A stretch of 57,066 bases of DNA, counting the filler, from Stramenopiles sp. TOSAG23-3 (taxonomy: Eukaryota), in assembly GCA_900128585.1 (NCBI GenBank). It is 3 parts of 3 records of this genome, joined end to end, with 100 filler letters (N's around TTAATTAATTAA, not from the genome) between each part and the next. Parts side by side here need not be neighbours in the genome. Positions count along the whole stretch, not along the records: positions 19,066 to 38,030 come from LT642414.1; 2 more parts are not named here. One strand, 5' to 3'. The translations under genes were made by a program, and so were the position numbers. How positions within the stretch are numbered: position 1 is the first letter of the stretch; each line of letters opens with the position of its first letter. The notes below the pieces were generated by a model that worked only from the letters and a program-made list of their open reading frames with translations, ran no database searches and was not told where the DNA came from. Positions 19,067 through 31,300 of this stretch are shown here, in pieces.

Positions 19067-21706
19067 CTAGAACATCACCGAGACACATCCCATCGATGGC
19101 AATGCCCTGCCTGCTTTCAGAACAATTCTGTCAATGCCTTTCCAAAATGTCAAAGTTGTGGAAACGAAAAGGGGGGCAGTGGGCGTAACCTAACGGTAGA
19201 ATATGAAGAAAAATGGGAAACAAAACTAATTGTGACAGAAACCAAAAAAAGTCAGTTGTCAAAAAGCAAAAAGATGATTGCTCGCAACACCCTTACAGAA
19301 CTCCGCCCACAATCAGCAGTTGATAGATCCTTCTTTAAAGTTCGTAAGAGTGTTTTACTCGAAATAAAGCAACATTTGCCTGAAGATCGGGATGATATTT
19401 GTGATAGGGAAGAAGGAAAGGAATGGCCAAATCGCTTTGCACAAAGAGGTCCCGTTTCACAACATACTTATGAACGGAAAATGCGGAAAAGGAGAGACAA
19501 GAAACGCAGGAAAGAAATTGTTGGTGACGAAATTGTCAAAAGACTGACTAACTTGAAGCCGCTAAATGCTGGTGATTCAGCAGTCATTCCGTTAAAGAAG
19601 TCGAATATTGATAAAGAAATTCGTGAATGGACGAAAGGCCGGCCAATCACACCGTTATTAACATGCAAATTGATGGATAAATCGCTGCATGATTGGTTTG
19701 AGTCCAACATGACAAACATAGACGAAGAAGACAGCCAGGTTGCCCAAGAAAGTAAAGGGGGATACACAACCGTTTCCACTGAGCGTGAAATGGAAAGACC
19801 TTTAGGTGAAAATAATACAGAAGACGTATCGCTTTTAACAAATCACGGTGAATCTAAATTCAGCGGCTTAGACGCTGGTCAAGAACAATCAAAAATGAAA
19901 GCTAGCCACAAACCTGGAACTGCTGATTGCAACGGCTCTGCAGGTGCCAAGATGCTAAATGATGCAAGTGCTCCATCTTCTGAGAGCATCGCACGGCCTA
20001 GAACTGTCCCTTTACACGCTATGCGGTCATATGGAATGAAATCGTATAAACCACTGATACGAAAAGGGCACGGTGGTCGAAATTTTGAAAGTGGAGCAAA
20101 ATATACCGGAGACTTACTCGAAGGAACAATGAATGGTCGTGGTACCATGGTGTATCAAAACGGGGACACGTACGTTGGTGCGTGGAAAAATGGCGTAAGA
20201 GAAGGGGATGGAACATTCCGAAGCAGAGATGGGAGAGTGTACGAAGGAACGTGGAAATCAGGGTCCAGGGATGGGCACGGTGAACTAACACACCCAAATG
20301 GAGAAATATATATTGGCCAGTGGAAAGACGGGAAAATGTCAGGTTGTGGTACCTTATCGTCTACAAACGGGGATACCTACGAAGGCAGGTGGCTAAATAG
20401 CAAGTATCACGGGTTGGGAAAGTTTACGAAGGCAAATGGACAAATGTTTGTAGGAATTTGTATATCTGGAAAAGCAAATGGAAAAGGTATTATTCGATAT
20501 CCAAATGGTGAGAATTACAAGGGTATGTGGAAAGATGACCGAAGGCATGGAAAGGGTGTTGGGACTTTTCCAAATGGTTCGAAGTACATTGGCTCGTGGG
20601 AGAGGGGGAAATTTAATGGGAAGGGAAAACTGGTTACTCCTGATGGCGAAGTTTATGTTGGTAACTGGTTCATGGGAAAAAGGGATGGTTATGGTAAAGC
20701 TACATTTTCAAACCAAGATACTTATGTCGGAACGTGGGAACAGGATAAAGTAGGTGGAACAGGAGTCATGTATTATCATAAGTCGGGGAATCTGTATGAT
20801 GGAAATTTTCAAAACGGAATGAGAAATGGTCTCGGTACTTTAAAGCTCAAAGATGATGGTTCATTTTATGGGTACTTTAAAAATGGTAGGATACATGGAC
20901 GTGGGCAGTTTCGATATGGAAACGGTGACGTTTACAAAGGAAATTTCAAAAATGGACGCAGGGACGGAAAAGGTACTTTTAAATGGTCAAATGGCAACGA
21001 ATACAAAGGGCAATTTCGACTGGACAAACTCGATGGCATTGGCAAGATGAAATACGCTGTTGGCCATGCATACAATGGAGAATGGAAAAATGGAAAAAAA
21101 CATGGTACTGGGACATTTCTTTATAGCGACGGAAACCTTTATGAAGGTTCTTGGGATTCTGACCAAAGACATGGACGGGGGAAATTTATTTGGAATCGTA
21201 TGCAGAAAGGGAATAGCGAGTATTACGATGGAGAGTGGCAAAATGATCGTCGTGAAGGTGTTGGAAAATACCAATATGAAAATGGCTGTACGTTTGAAGG
21301 GATGTGGGTTAATGGTATGCGAGAGGGGAACGGCATTTTTCAATTTGTTGACGGAAGTTTCTTCAATGGTGAGTTCAAAGACAATGCTCGAGATGGTTAT
21401 GGTGTTTACCAATCTGTCGATGGAATGCGGTACAGCGGTGATTGGAAAAAAGGAACCATGCACGGCTCGGGAATACTGGTAAAAGCAAATGGCGATAAAT
21501 ATGAAGGGCAATTCTTGTTTGGCAAAAAAGATGGTGACGGGATAGTCACTTATAGGAATGGGAGTGTATTTGTGGGTAAATGGAAGGATGGACGAAGATA
21601 CGGACATGGGCAATATTTGTATCAAGCTCGTGATAAAGATGGGGATGAGGACTCTGCCGGTTTCAACACCAAAGCAATCTTGCGAATGTCTGTTTACGGC
21701 CATTAG
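19067..21706 (+). CDS. MORN-repeat protein with N-terminal RanBP2-type zinc finger, 5'-truncated
   Basis: More than 20 MORN repeats (YxGxWxxGxxxGxG). The frame is open upstream of the GTG at 19232 to the linker and encodes WQCPACFQNNSVNAFPKCQSCG at 19097-19162. Confidence 0.88.
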   Translation, partial: LEHHRDTSHRWQCPACFQNNSVNAFPKCQSCGNEKGGSGRNLTVEYEEKWETKLIVTETKKSQLSKSKKMIARNTLTELRPQSAVDRSFFKVRKSVLLEIKQHLPEDRDDICDREEGKEWPNRFAQRGPVSQHTYERKMRKRRDKKRRKEIVGDEIVKRLTNLKPLNAGDSAVIPLKKSNIDKEIREWTKGRPITPLLTCKLMDKSLHDWFESNMTNIDEEDSQVAQESKGGYTTVSTEREMERPLGENNTEDVSLLTNHGESKFSGLDAGQEQSKMKASHKPGTADCNGSAGAKMLNDASAPSSESIARPRTVPLHAMRSYGMKSYKPLIRKGHGGRNFESGAKYTGDLLEGTMNGRGTMVYQNGDTYVGAWKNGVREGDGTFRSRDGRVYEGTWKSGSRDGHGELTHPNGEIYIGQWKDGKMSGCGTLSSTNGDTYEGRWLNSKYHGLGKFTKANGQMFVGICISGKANGKGIIRYPNGENYKGMWKDDRRHGKGVGTFPNGSKYIGSWERGKFNGKGKLVTPDGEVYVGNWFMGKRDGYGKATFSNQDTYVGTWEQDKVGGTGVMYYHKSGNLYDGNFQNGMRNGLGTLKLKDDGSFYGYFKNGRIHGRGQFRYGNGDVYKGNFKNGRRDGKGTFKWSNGNEYKGQFRLDKLDGIGKMKYAVGHAYNGEWKNGKKHGTGTFLYSDGNLYEGSWDSDQRHGRGKFIWNRMQKGNSEYYDGEWQNDRREGVGKYQYENGCTFEGMWVNGMREGNGIFQFVDGSFFNGEFKDNARDGYGVYQSVDGMRYSGDWKKGTMHGSGILVKANGDKYEGQFLFGKKDGDGIVTYRNGSVFVGKWKDGRRYGHGQYLYQARDKDGDEDSAGFNTKAILRMSVYGH

Positions 21707-21923
21707 CGAAACTCGAAATCCTGTACGCGTAACTTTTAAGAAGGTCATATTCGCACGTTTTTGCATTAAAAGTATACCATGCCATGATAGAATGAATATG
21801 AATTAAATTAATTCTTAAAAACAAAATTATGGCTGTAAATTAATTACATCCATCAAAAAAAATATTTTACACTGTCGCAAAAAATCCGCTGAAACCCCCT
21901 GACAGAGGACCAGTACAGCATCA

Positions 21924-24200
21924 TCAGAGCCTCCTCAGCATTTCAACCTTATCGCTCACCTCGCTCGGCTGGCTCCACTGGGCTGGCAAATCGGCAGCGT
22001 ACGTGTGGGCACGAACACGAAATTGATACGCAACTGTGGCTTTTAAATTTGCTGTCATGTAGACGTTGTCCTTGGATTTCGCAACAATCACCCAGGATGA
22101 CGGGGAATACAACCCGCCCTCAAAGCGCCATCGTCGTTGGAAGAGTTCGTACTTGTCAACCGGCCTTCCAGTCAGGTGGGGCGGTTCCCAGGTAATCGTA
22201 GCGAGTGTATCTGTGCGGTGGGTGCACATAGGCGCCCCGGGGGGCTCGAGAGCAAGGGTGCACTGTCCCTCGCTATCTCCACCGATAGCACTCCAGCCAC
22301 AGCTGTTGTGCGCCTTTATTGCATACTCGTACTCCGTGTCGTACTCCAGCCCAGTAACCCGGTGCTGCCCCGGAAGTATATGAATGCCAACATTTGCCTT
22401 GCCTTCAACGTCCCGCCGGGGGATAAACTCGTCAGAACATTCCGTCCAGTCTTCTTCCCCACACTTACGATAAAAAATTTTGTAACCGTCGATTGGCTGC
22501 CCGTTGCATCGAGGGTCGCCCCAGCGGAGCAGAGTGGAATTGTGTGTCACCATCCCAGCCACCAACATTGGCGCCAGTGGAGGCTCCGGCTCCGCGTCCT
22601 TCGTTTTAAACACCTTCGTCTCACCTGCATTTTCCCACCCATCCCACCCAGTATCTTTGAAGCAAGTGCGGACCCTGAAGCAAAATTCACGTGCCGGGAG
22701 AAGACCTTCCAGGAGATACCGTGTGCCCAACATATCGTTTGTTATTGTCTTCCACGGCAAGTTCGGCACCTCCTGACTTTCTATGCCCAACCTACAGGCA
22801 AGGTCGTCCGACTGCACGTCCCCAGTGAAGTCTACCTCATCGAACTCGTCCGGGGGGTCTGGAAGGTCATACACCTGTACCTCGAAACCTTGCAGATTGT
22901 CTTCCGAGCCGAGTTTCCAGTCCATCCAGTGGATCGTAATCGACGTTTTCGACCTATGCAGCAGGCTTGGCGAAGAGTTGGTTGTTAAGGTGTCACTCGT
23001 GCCACCCCAAGGGGACCAACCTGTCTTGTTCCTTCCCCTGACCTTGAAGCAGTACGATCCGCCAGATATTAGATTGTTTACCCGAAACTGAGGTTCCGGC
23101 TCCCCTCGAATTTCATGAGACACACTTTTCCAGTCTAATTCTTCACACTTCTCGCCCGTTTCGTCAGTCTCTTGTGTTTTTCCAATCTTGGCCATGTGTA
23201 GCTCATAGTGTATAATGTGCCCACCGTTTTCGACGGTGGGGCGATCCCAACGAACGGTGATCGCCCTCGCCGTCATCGACCAGAGAAAAGGCGTCCCCGG
23301 CATGTTGGTAATGTCGTCGGCACACATAAATGGGATCACCCGCGAATACACTCCCCAGCCCGCAGCGCTTCTCGCCCTAAGCAGCATAAAGTACTGGTAC
23401 GAGGCGTGCAAGCCGTCAATAAAATAATTACACTCGGTTATAGTACCGTCGCGTACCCAATGCTTGGCGTAGATGCCCCCCGGCTTCACGGGCGCGTCGT
23501 CCCCTTTTGCGACGTGCGTCCCGGGGTCTTCTTCCTGCTCCTTCGGCTTAGCCCAGACTTCCTCGTGGGTCTCGCTGTGGTGCCAGTACTTTACCTTTGT
23601 TACAGGGTCTAACCCCGTCGTGTAATGGCTTTGGTACTTGGACACGCGCCAAACAATCTCGTAAACTTCTATATCGGTCCCGTTGTCGAGGCAAGGATTC
23701 CAAGTGAAAGTGGCCGTGTGAGGGGTCATTTTCACGTCTATTACCATCGGCTGTGACGGTGGCTCCCTCAAAACGTCGGAGACCTCCAACCACTGGTACT
23801 CCCTGGCAATGGCCATTGGCTTTTGGTTCGCTTTGCTTATTATATGTCTATCAGAAGGTGGATTGTTTTCTAACAACGCCTTTACAATCTTTGGATCTCC
23901 TCGAGCTGCTGCTCTGTGAAGCGGCGTTTCTCCAGTTCGAGGGTGGCGAAGGTTGGGGTCTGCTCTCCACTTCAGTAGGGTACGAGCGGTGGCATAGTGT
24001 CCTCTATCAATAGCAGCAGACAGGGCCGTAGTTGCAGTATACGAGTGCAAAGCGTCCACAGGCTGTCCTTTACGAAGCATTTCCGTGACCTTGTTGAGTT
24101 TTCCCTCATAAGCGGCGTCGATAAACGTGTCGTTTAGGTTCTTAATGACCCGTTTGCTCTGCATCCTGTCCCTTGGCGGGGGCCGCTTAGAGAAGTTCAT
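21924..24200 (-). CDS. Ankyrin + fibronectin type III repeat protein
   Basis: Ankyrin repeats (TTALSAAIDRGH, GETPLHRAAARGD) followed by about five FN3 domains (W..P..NG..I..Y; L....Y.FRVRA.N..GWS). Confidence 0.88.
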   Translation of the reverse strand: MNFSKRPPPRDRMQSKRVIKNLNDTFIDAAYEGKLNKVTEMLRKGQPVDALHSYTATTALSAAIDRGHYATARTLLKWRADPNLRHPRTGETPLHRAAARGDPKIVKALLENNPPSDRHIISKANQKPMAIAREYQWLEVSDVLREPPSQPMVIDVKMTPHTATFTWNPCLDNGTDIEVYEIVWRVSKYQSHYTTGLDPVTKVKYWHHSETHEEVWAKPKEQEEDPGTHVAKGDDAPVKPGGIYAKHWVRDGTITECNYFIDGLHASYQYFMLLRARSAAGWGVYSRVIPFMCADDITNMPGTPFLWSMTARAITVRWDRPTVENGGHIIHYELHMAKIGKTQETDETGEKCEELDWKSVSHEIRGEPEPQFRVNNLISGGSYCFKVRGRNKTGWSPWGGTSDTLTTNSSPSLLHRSKTSITIHWMDWKLGSEDNLQGFEVQVYDLPDPPDEFDEVDFTGDVQSDDLACRLGIESQEVPNLPWKTITNDMLGTRYLLEGLLPAREFCFRVRTCFKDTGWDGWENAGETKVFKTKDAEPEPPLAPMLVAGMVTHNSTLLRWGDPRCNGQPIDGYKIFYRKCGEEDWTECSDEFIPRRDVEGKANVGIHILPGQHRVTGLEYDTEYEYAIKAHNSCGWSAIGGDSEGQCTLALEPPGAPMCTHRTDTLATITWEPPHLTGRPVDKYELFQRRWRFEGGLYSPSSWVIVAKSKDNVYMTANLKATVAYQFRVRAHTYAADLPAQWSQPSEVSDKVEMLRRL

Positions 24201-25343
24201 AGGTCAAAATAGTTTGATACGCCAACACGGAGGGAACCCTAGACCCTTGGAGTGCAATCTTAAGTCGCGAAATCTACAAACAGAATGAAGATGGAAAATC
24301 CCCATTTTTCCCATTGAAACGGTTTCAAATCATTTATCGAAAGACATTGAAGTACGTATCAGTTATTTTCTGTAGCGGTTAAAAACAACAACCAAGCAAT
24401 AATACTCTCTCTACTAATAGCAAATAATGAACAGCTAGAGGACTAATAGCATAGTCGTCGTCTACTACGAGGAATATCTAAATTATAACAACACGACAAT
24501 GATGAACACAAAACCCGACTGTATTACGAACCTTGGTTGTCTACCTACTGTAGTGTTATTAATAATAATATATTATACCGGTATTACGTCTTCTTCTTTT
24601 ATTACGAATGATGATCGATTGATGAATTAAAATCAGTCAGTAGTTCGACTAAATTATTTATTATTATTATTGGGAGAATTCAACCAACAGAAATAATACA
24701 GTAATAAAACGAAAGAGCAAGCAATTGAAAACGGCAGCAATCGAAAAATCGAAAAATCGAGCTTCTTCTGCTTTGAAAGTGCTCCGCGCCGTACCCAGGC
24801 GTACTTTTATTAGTATCGTCAGTGTATTTATTAAAGTAATATAATGGGACAAAACACTACCAAGCCTATCAATTTGATGGAAAATATGCAAATTAATAAC
24901 GGCAGACCGAAGCGAAGCGACTGCAACCTCCAAGATCAGCGATATAATGTACACTGCAATAGCATTGGCAATGGGAGGAGTTTTAACTGTCAATTCTACG
25001 ATGGACCGGAAGCGTGAAACTTCACCTAAAACCCCTGCTGTCTGAATGTTGTGCTGTTTTTGTTGTTGTTGTAGTATAATTATACTGTAGCAATAATATT
25101 TTAACTCACACAACTCTGGATGATGGAGGAATGAATCCAAAACATTGTTTAATGAGTACGATTCAAGTTCGTATCTAAATACATGTATCGCACTATTGGG
25201 GAGTTTGGTGGAGTAGCCCCGACTTAAGACCTGGGAAAAAAATAGTACAAACGTGAACTGTTGAATCTGCGACTTGATTAAAGCAACAAAGGCAAAGGCA
25301 CACAGGATAACTGATAAACGTTTACGGAATAAAAGTGTCTAGA

Positions 25344-28300
25344 ATGAGTAGAAATAAGGATAGGAGACTTATAGCACCGATAGCTTCCCCGCGCCTGTTC
25401 GGGGAAAATTACGAGGGGAATAAGGGCAAGCAGTCAAAGCCACCAGCTTCCGAGAAACAGTCTGTAGCAAGAGCCCCCCGCATTGTTAATGGCGGTAGAT
25501 TTTCCCGGAAACCGAGAAGTCAGATAAGGAATCTGGTAAACCCAAGGCACGAAGCCTGGGCCCACACCAACTCTTCCATGTTCACATTCGAACCCCGCGA
25601 ACTGGAAGAGTATCAGTTACCAAGAAAAGCATTTCGGCCAGGAAGGAGTCTTAGACAGGTTTCCAACCAGACCGAAATCATGCCAGAACCGCCTTCTCCC
25701 CGAGTTGGCTACATGCGACAGCCGTTATCCCCAACACGGTTGTCTGGAGACAAGACTGTAAAAAATATGGGAGGAGAAGACTGGGGATATGGCGAGGCGT
25801 TGCTTTCAAAATTGAAAACGGGAGAAGATGGCATTGCGTTCTTCGCCCAGCAGAAGAGTGCGACAACAATTAAATTTTTATTTTTGAACCGCGCTCCAAA
25901 TTCTCTCAATGGTAGAAACTTTAGACCCTACGACTTGGTGGTAGTAGAACGCTCGAAGGTGAACGCCAAAGAATACTTCATCATGTCCGAAGATGGCGTT
26001 TCCAGAGTAGGAAAAGGGCAGCAAACGGAGGTGACCCCGTTGGTAACGTGGATGCGCGAAGCAACTATATTCAACGTTCTACGAAGCACCAAATGTTTCA
26101 AGCATTATCTCGTGAACAAAATGTTCAAGAGATGGATTGCCGGCGTCAGATTCAAGCTGTACTGCGAAAAACGTCAGGCAGTCGCAAAAAGCTTGTTTTC
26201 GGCCAAGTCGGCCTTTTGCGCCCCGATGATGAGAATTCGTACCCAGCTAGCCGGCGTCTACAAAGTGAAGGTTCACGAATGCAAAACTCAAAAAGCGTTC
26301 AATGTATCCGCGTTTGCAGAGAAACAAGAACAAATCCTCAAGGACGCCACAATACAGTTTGAAAACATGATGGATGAGCTGCAGAGGCTAGTCGAGAAGA
26401 CATGCGAGTCGATTATGAGAAGGGCAAGGCATTACCGACAGCTGATGGAAAGAGAGGATGACTATGATGCACAAGAAAGAAACCGAAACAAAAGTTTGGT
26501 CGTCCTGAAACAGGAGCGGGCAGAGCGAATGCGTATGTGCAAACTGGCAAAGAATGACGCAAACACCCTTGGAGATTTCATCCGCCTGATTGACTACATG
26601 ATAACAGAGAGTTTCGTGGAAGTCAGCATTACTACACAAACAGATCTTTTGGAACAGCTAATGTTAGAGCGAAAAACTGGCATGTTTGAGGCTATAATTT
26701 CATTCGCGAAAGGCCACGTGACAGAATTTAATCCTAATGCCGACGATATCATATCAATGTTAGACACGAAGGTCCAGAAAATGATTGACATTATTCAGCA
26801 GGTGCCAAGAATTTTATTTTCTAGATCTCTTCGACCGTATCTGCCAAAAGTTTACTCTGGACACCAGCCTAGCAGTTTGATTGTTGCTGATAAATCATTT
26901 AAGTCTTTGAACAATACAATAGAGGAAAAGTTAAGAAGTGATTTCCGAGAAGCAGCAGAGTACGTGAAACAATTCGAATTTACAAGAGAAATTTGGGAGT
27001 TTGACATGTCGAAATTTTCAGAGAAATGGGACACTTTCTCTCCAAAAGATAGGATATCCGAAACTAGAAAATCAATTAGTATCTGCAATGGATGGCATCG
27101 TGACATAGGAAGAATTCGTGCTGGTGGTGCCATTGGAAGCATTTATGTAGAGAGCAGAAAACTGAAGAATAGTTTGATTCCGATCGCCGATGGCTTTTTG
27201 GCTTTCTTAAAAAAATCTTTGGCGACTTTAGCGAGGGAAAAATGTTCGATAGTCTACCAGACTATAAAGGAGAGAATCAAGGTATTGTCTGCTACGCCAG
27301 ACGGTCTTGGAGGTTTTTCAAAATTCGTTTCCCATTTCAAAAACTTGTCTGCTGCGAAAGTAAAATTGGCACAAGACTGTCAGCTGGTTGACGATTTGTA
27401 CAGGATGCTTCAGATCCAAAGGGTTAGAATCGTTTCCGATGATGCAGTACAGCTAGACGAAATGCGCAATGCGATTGTACAGGATGAAAAGCTGATGGCA
27501 GAAGCAAACACTCTAGTGTACGAAACGATGCCCGAAATGTTAACACAGCTAGACATGAACATAGCAAATTTAAACCGAGACGCAGAGGCGATTCAAGGAG
27601 AGCTTGTAGTGGGCGACTTTAACGACTCCTCTCTTCCGGCGGAGCAGGTTCTTCTCTTGTTGAACGGGATGAAATCACGATTATTGCACTTAGAAAAGAA
27701 TGCAAACGATTATTCCAATTTTCAGAAGTCATTTGGAAAACCTCAATATGCATATAAAATTTTGAAAGAAACCCGCTCAATGTTCGATCTAAGGTATGCC
27801 GTCTGGAATGGGCTGAAAGAATGGGGAGAATCTCTGCATTCGTGGCATACTTGCGATTTTCGTACAATGGTAGCAGCAGAACTGAACGAGCAGGTAAACG
27901 AACTGTTCAAAAATGCGTCATTGTACGACAAAAAAATAAAGAACGAAGTTACAGACTTGTATAAAACGAAAATTCAAGACTTTAAGGTGAATATGTCTTG
28001 CATAATGGACTTAGGAAACCCTGTGATGAAAGAGAGGCACTGGGAAAGACTGTTCAAGGTCCTCGGAAAGCGGTATATGTCTGGACAATCATTCACCTTG
28101 GCAAGATTAGTCGAGTTGAAGGTGTACACATTCGGGACTGAAGTCGGTGAGATATCAGCAGCAGCGTCCGGAGAAGCTCAGATAGAGGCATCAGTATCGG
28201 CTATAGCGGACGGGTGGTCCGATATGGAGATCAATGTACTGCCTTACAGGGACAGCGACAAAGTCTTCATTCTCGGTCCCCTTGACGAAGTGATGGTATT

Positions 28301-31300
28301 GATGGAAGACAACCAGGTATCTCTACAAACAATGATGGGATCAAAGTTTATAATGGGGGTTCGGGATACTGTCGAAACATGGGGGAAAAACTTGTCAATA
28401 CTTTCTGATACTTTCGACGAATGGTTACAATGCCAGAAAACCTGGATGTACCTGGAGACAATTTTCTCTGCTGAAGACATACAGGAGCAGCTTCCCGACG
28501 AAACAAAACTGTTTAAAGAAGTTGACAAAACCTGGAACACTACGATGAAAGCTACTTTTGATAATCCACGGATCATGGCAATTTTAGAGCAAGACAACCC
28601 GAAAATGTACCTTTTTGAATTCGAAAGATGCAATAAAATACTCGACGAAGTCCAAAGAAGCCTGGAAAATTACCTTGAAGTCAAAAGGATGGCTTTTCCA
28701 CGCTTTTATTTTCTTTCAAACGACGAGTTACTTGAAATTTTGTCTCAAACCAGAGATCCTCAAGCCGTTCAACCCCATTTGAGTAAATGTTTCGACGCCA
28801 TGCGATCGTTGACATTTGGGGTCAAAGGAGAATCAAATTCCATGTTAGCCATGAATAGTTCTGAAGGCGAGCAGGTATCATTTGTAACATCAGTTGCTGC
28901 CGAGGGCCCCGTAGAAACATGGTTGTCTGCGGTAGAGCGTGCTATGAGAAACTCTTTACGTGAAGAATCCAGGACTGCCTTCAAGAATTACCCAGAAGAT
29001 AATGCAATAAATAGAGAAGAATGGTTGTTTGCCTTCCCCGCACAGTGCATAATTATGATTGACCAGTTGTTTTGGACGAAAGAAGTAGAGGCAGCTGCAA
29101 GAGCATTGAAAACAAACAAACATGCTCTATCGGGGTGTTTAGACTTTATCGTGAAACAGATTGACGCAATGGTAGAACTAGTACGGGGAGACTTGACAAA
29201 GCTACAGCGGAAGACATTGAGTGCAACGATTACACTGGATGTTCACGGCCGAGATGTAGTCCGGCTGTTGGTACGCAAAAAGCTTGATAGCATAGATAAT
29301 TTTGAATGGACCCGTCAGCTACGATATTATTGGGATTTTGAAATAAACGATTGCACTCTCAGACAAACTAATACCAGGTTTCTGTACGCTTACGAGTACT
29401 TGGGCAATAGTATGAGGTTGGTAGTGACTCCATTGACCGATTTGTGTTACATGACTTTGACAGGTGCGCTTCATCTGCGATTTGGGGGCGCACCTGCGGG
29501 TCCTGCTGGAACAGGCAAAACAGAGACCACGAAAGATTTAGGAAAAGCCTTGGCACGACAAGTTGTCGTGTTTAACTGTTCAGATGGTTTAGATTACAAA
29601 ATTATGGGTCGTTTCTTCTCTGGCCTTGCCCAAGCGGGCGCATGGGCATGCTTTGACGAGTTTAACCGAATTGATGTTGAGGTTCTTTCCGTTATTGCAC
29701 AACAAATACAAACAATTCAGCAAGCGATCTCTATGGATGCGGAACAGTTTATGTTTGAGGGTGGAATGATTCCATTAAATTCTAATTTTGGGGTTTTTAT
29801 TACCATGAATCCGGGTTATGCAGGCCGTACCGAGTTACCAGATAATTTGAAAGCCCTTTTTCGACCAGTCGCAATGATGGTTCCGGATTATAGGATGATT
29901 GCTGAAATAGTTTTGTTTTCGCAAGGGTTTGCAAATGCTTTGCCGCTTTCAAACAAAATGAGTCAACTTTACCAGTTGAGCAGTGAACAATTGTCAAAAC
30001 AAGACCATTATGATTTTGGGATGCGCGCAGTAAAATCGGTGTTAGTGGCAGCCGGACAGCTAAAAAGAAAAGAGCCTGAGACCAACGAAGATTTGCTACT
30101 GATTAGAGCAATGAGAGACAGTAATGTTCCAAAATTCTTGGAGCAAGATTTACCCTTGTTCAGAGGAATCTTGAAGGACCTGTTCCCTGGTGTAGAAGTA
30201 CCATTTGTAGATTATGGAAAATTGCAGCTTGCCATTGAGAATCAAATCAATATTTTGAACCTACAGAAGGTCCCTGCGTTTATATCGAAAGTGATACAAG
30301 TCCACGAGACGCAACTTGTTCGTCACGGAATGATGGTTGTAGGCGAACCAGGCAGTGGAAAATCTCTTAATGCATTAGTTTTAAGCAACGCTCTTGCGCA
30401 GCTGGAAGAAGATGGAGTGAAAGATAAGGATAACTTTTTTCGAGCAGTTCATACAGATAGACTTAACCCCAAATCTATTAGTGCCGGACAGCTATATGGT
30501 GAGTTTAATTTAATGACCGGCGAGTGGTTTGACGGACTTGTGCCGAGTTTGGTTCGGGCTGCAAAAGCGGATAAGTCAAACAAAAGACACTGGATCCTTT
30601 TTGATGGTCCCGTAGATGCTGTATGGATAGAAAATATGAACACTGTTCTCGACGACAACAAGACTCTTTGCCTTGCAAACAGTGAGCGTATTAAGATGCC
30701 AGATGGACTGCACATGATGTTTGAAGTCCAGGACCTTTCGCAAGCTTCTCCAGCCACTGTTAGTCGTTGTGGTATGGTTTTTATGGAACAAGTGCATGTC
30801 GGGTTAGATGCACTCCTCGATACTTGGTGTGAAACAAGTGGAGTTGCAGCACTCCCTAAGAACATAGGTTACCTCAGGAAAATGTTGGTAAATTATGTTC
30901 CAAAAGCAATTGAGTTTGTGAACGAGAAATGCAATGAAAAAGTGCGGCTGAGTGATTGTCATCGAATGAGCTCTATGTTAAACTTGCTGACTTGTATATT
31001 GACCGAAGAAAGAAAAGTATTAGACAGCAAAAGCAACATATTCGATTTGATTAACAATAACTTCTTCTTCGCTTTAGTATGGGCGATTGGAGGAAATGTA
31101 ACAGACGAGTCCAGGCCTGTGTTCAGTGATTATATTACTTCTGCTCTTAAGTCTTTGCTAGGATCTAGTGCTGCAGATATTGACGCATATGATTTTCTGA
31201 TGGACAACGAAAATGGGTCTAAAACGACGTGGACAAATGTTGTGCCAAAGTTTACGTACGATCCAGTCTTACCGTATTTTGACCTCGTAGTTCCAACAGA

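Noticed and set aside
20080-21625. Periodic nucleotide pattern as a CRISPR-like or tandem array
   Set aside because: Explained by 23-aa MORN protein repeats; there are no identical DNA repeats with spacers.
20987-23612. Long antisense ORFs (259 aa, 283 aa and similar ones over DGAT1 and the P450)
   Set aside because: Shadows of real genes on the opposite strand, with no recognisable domains.
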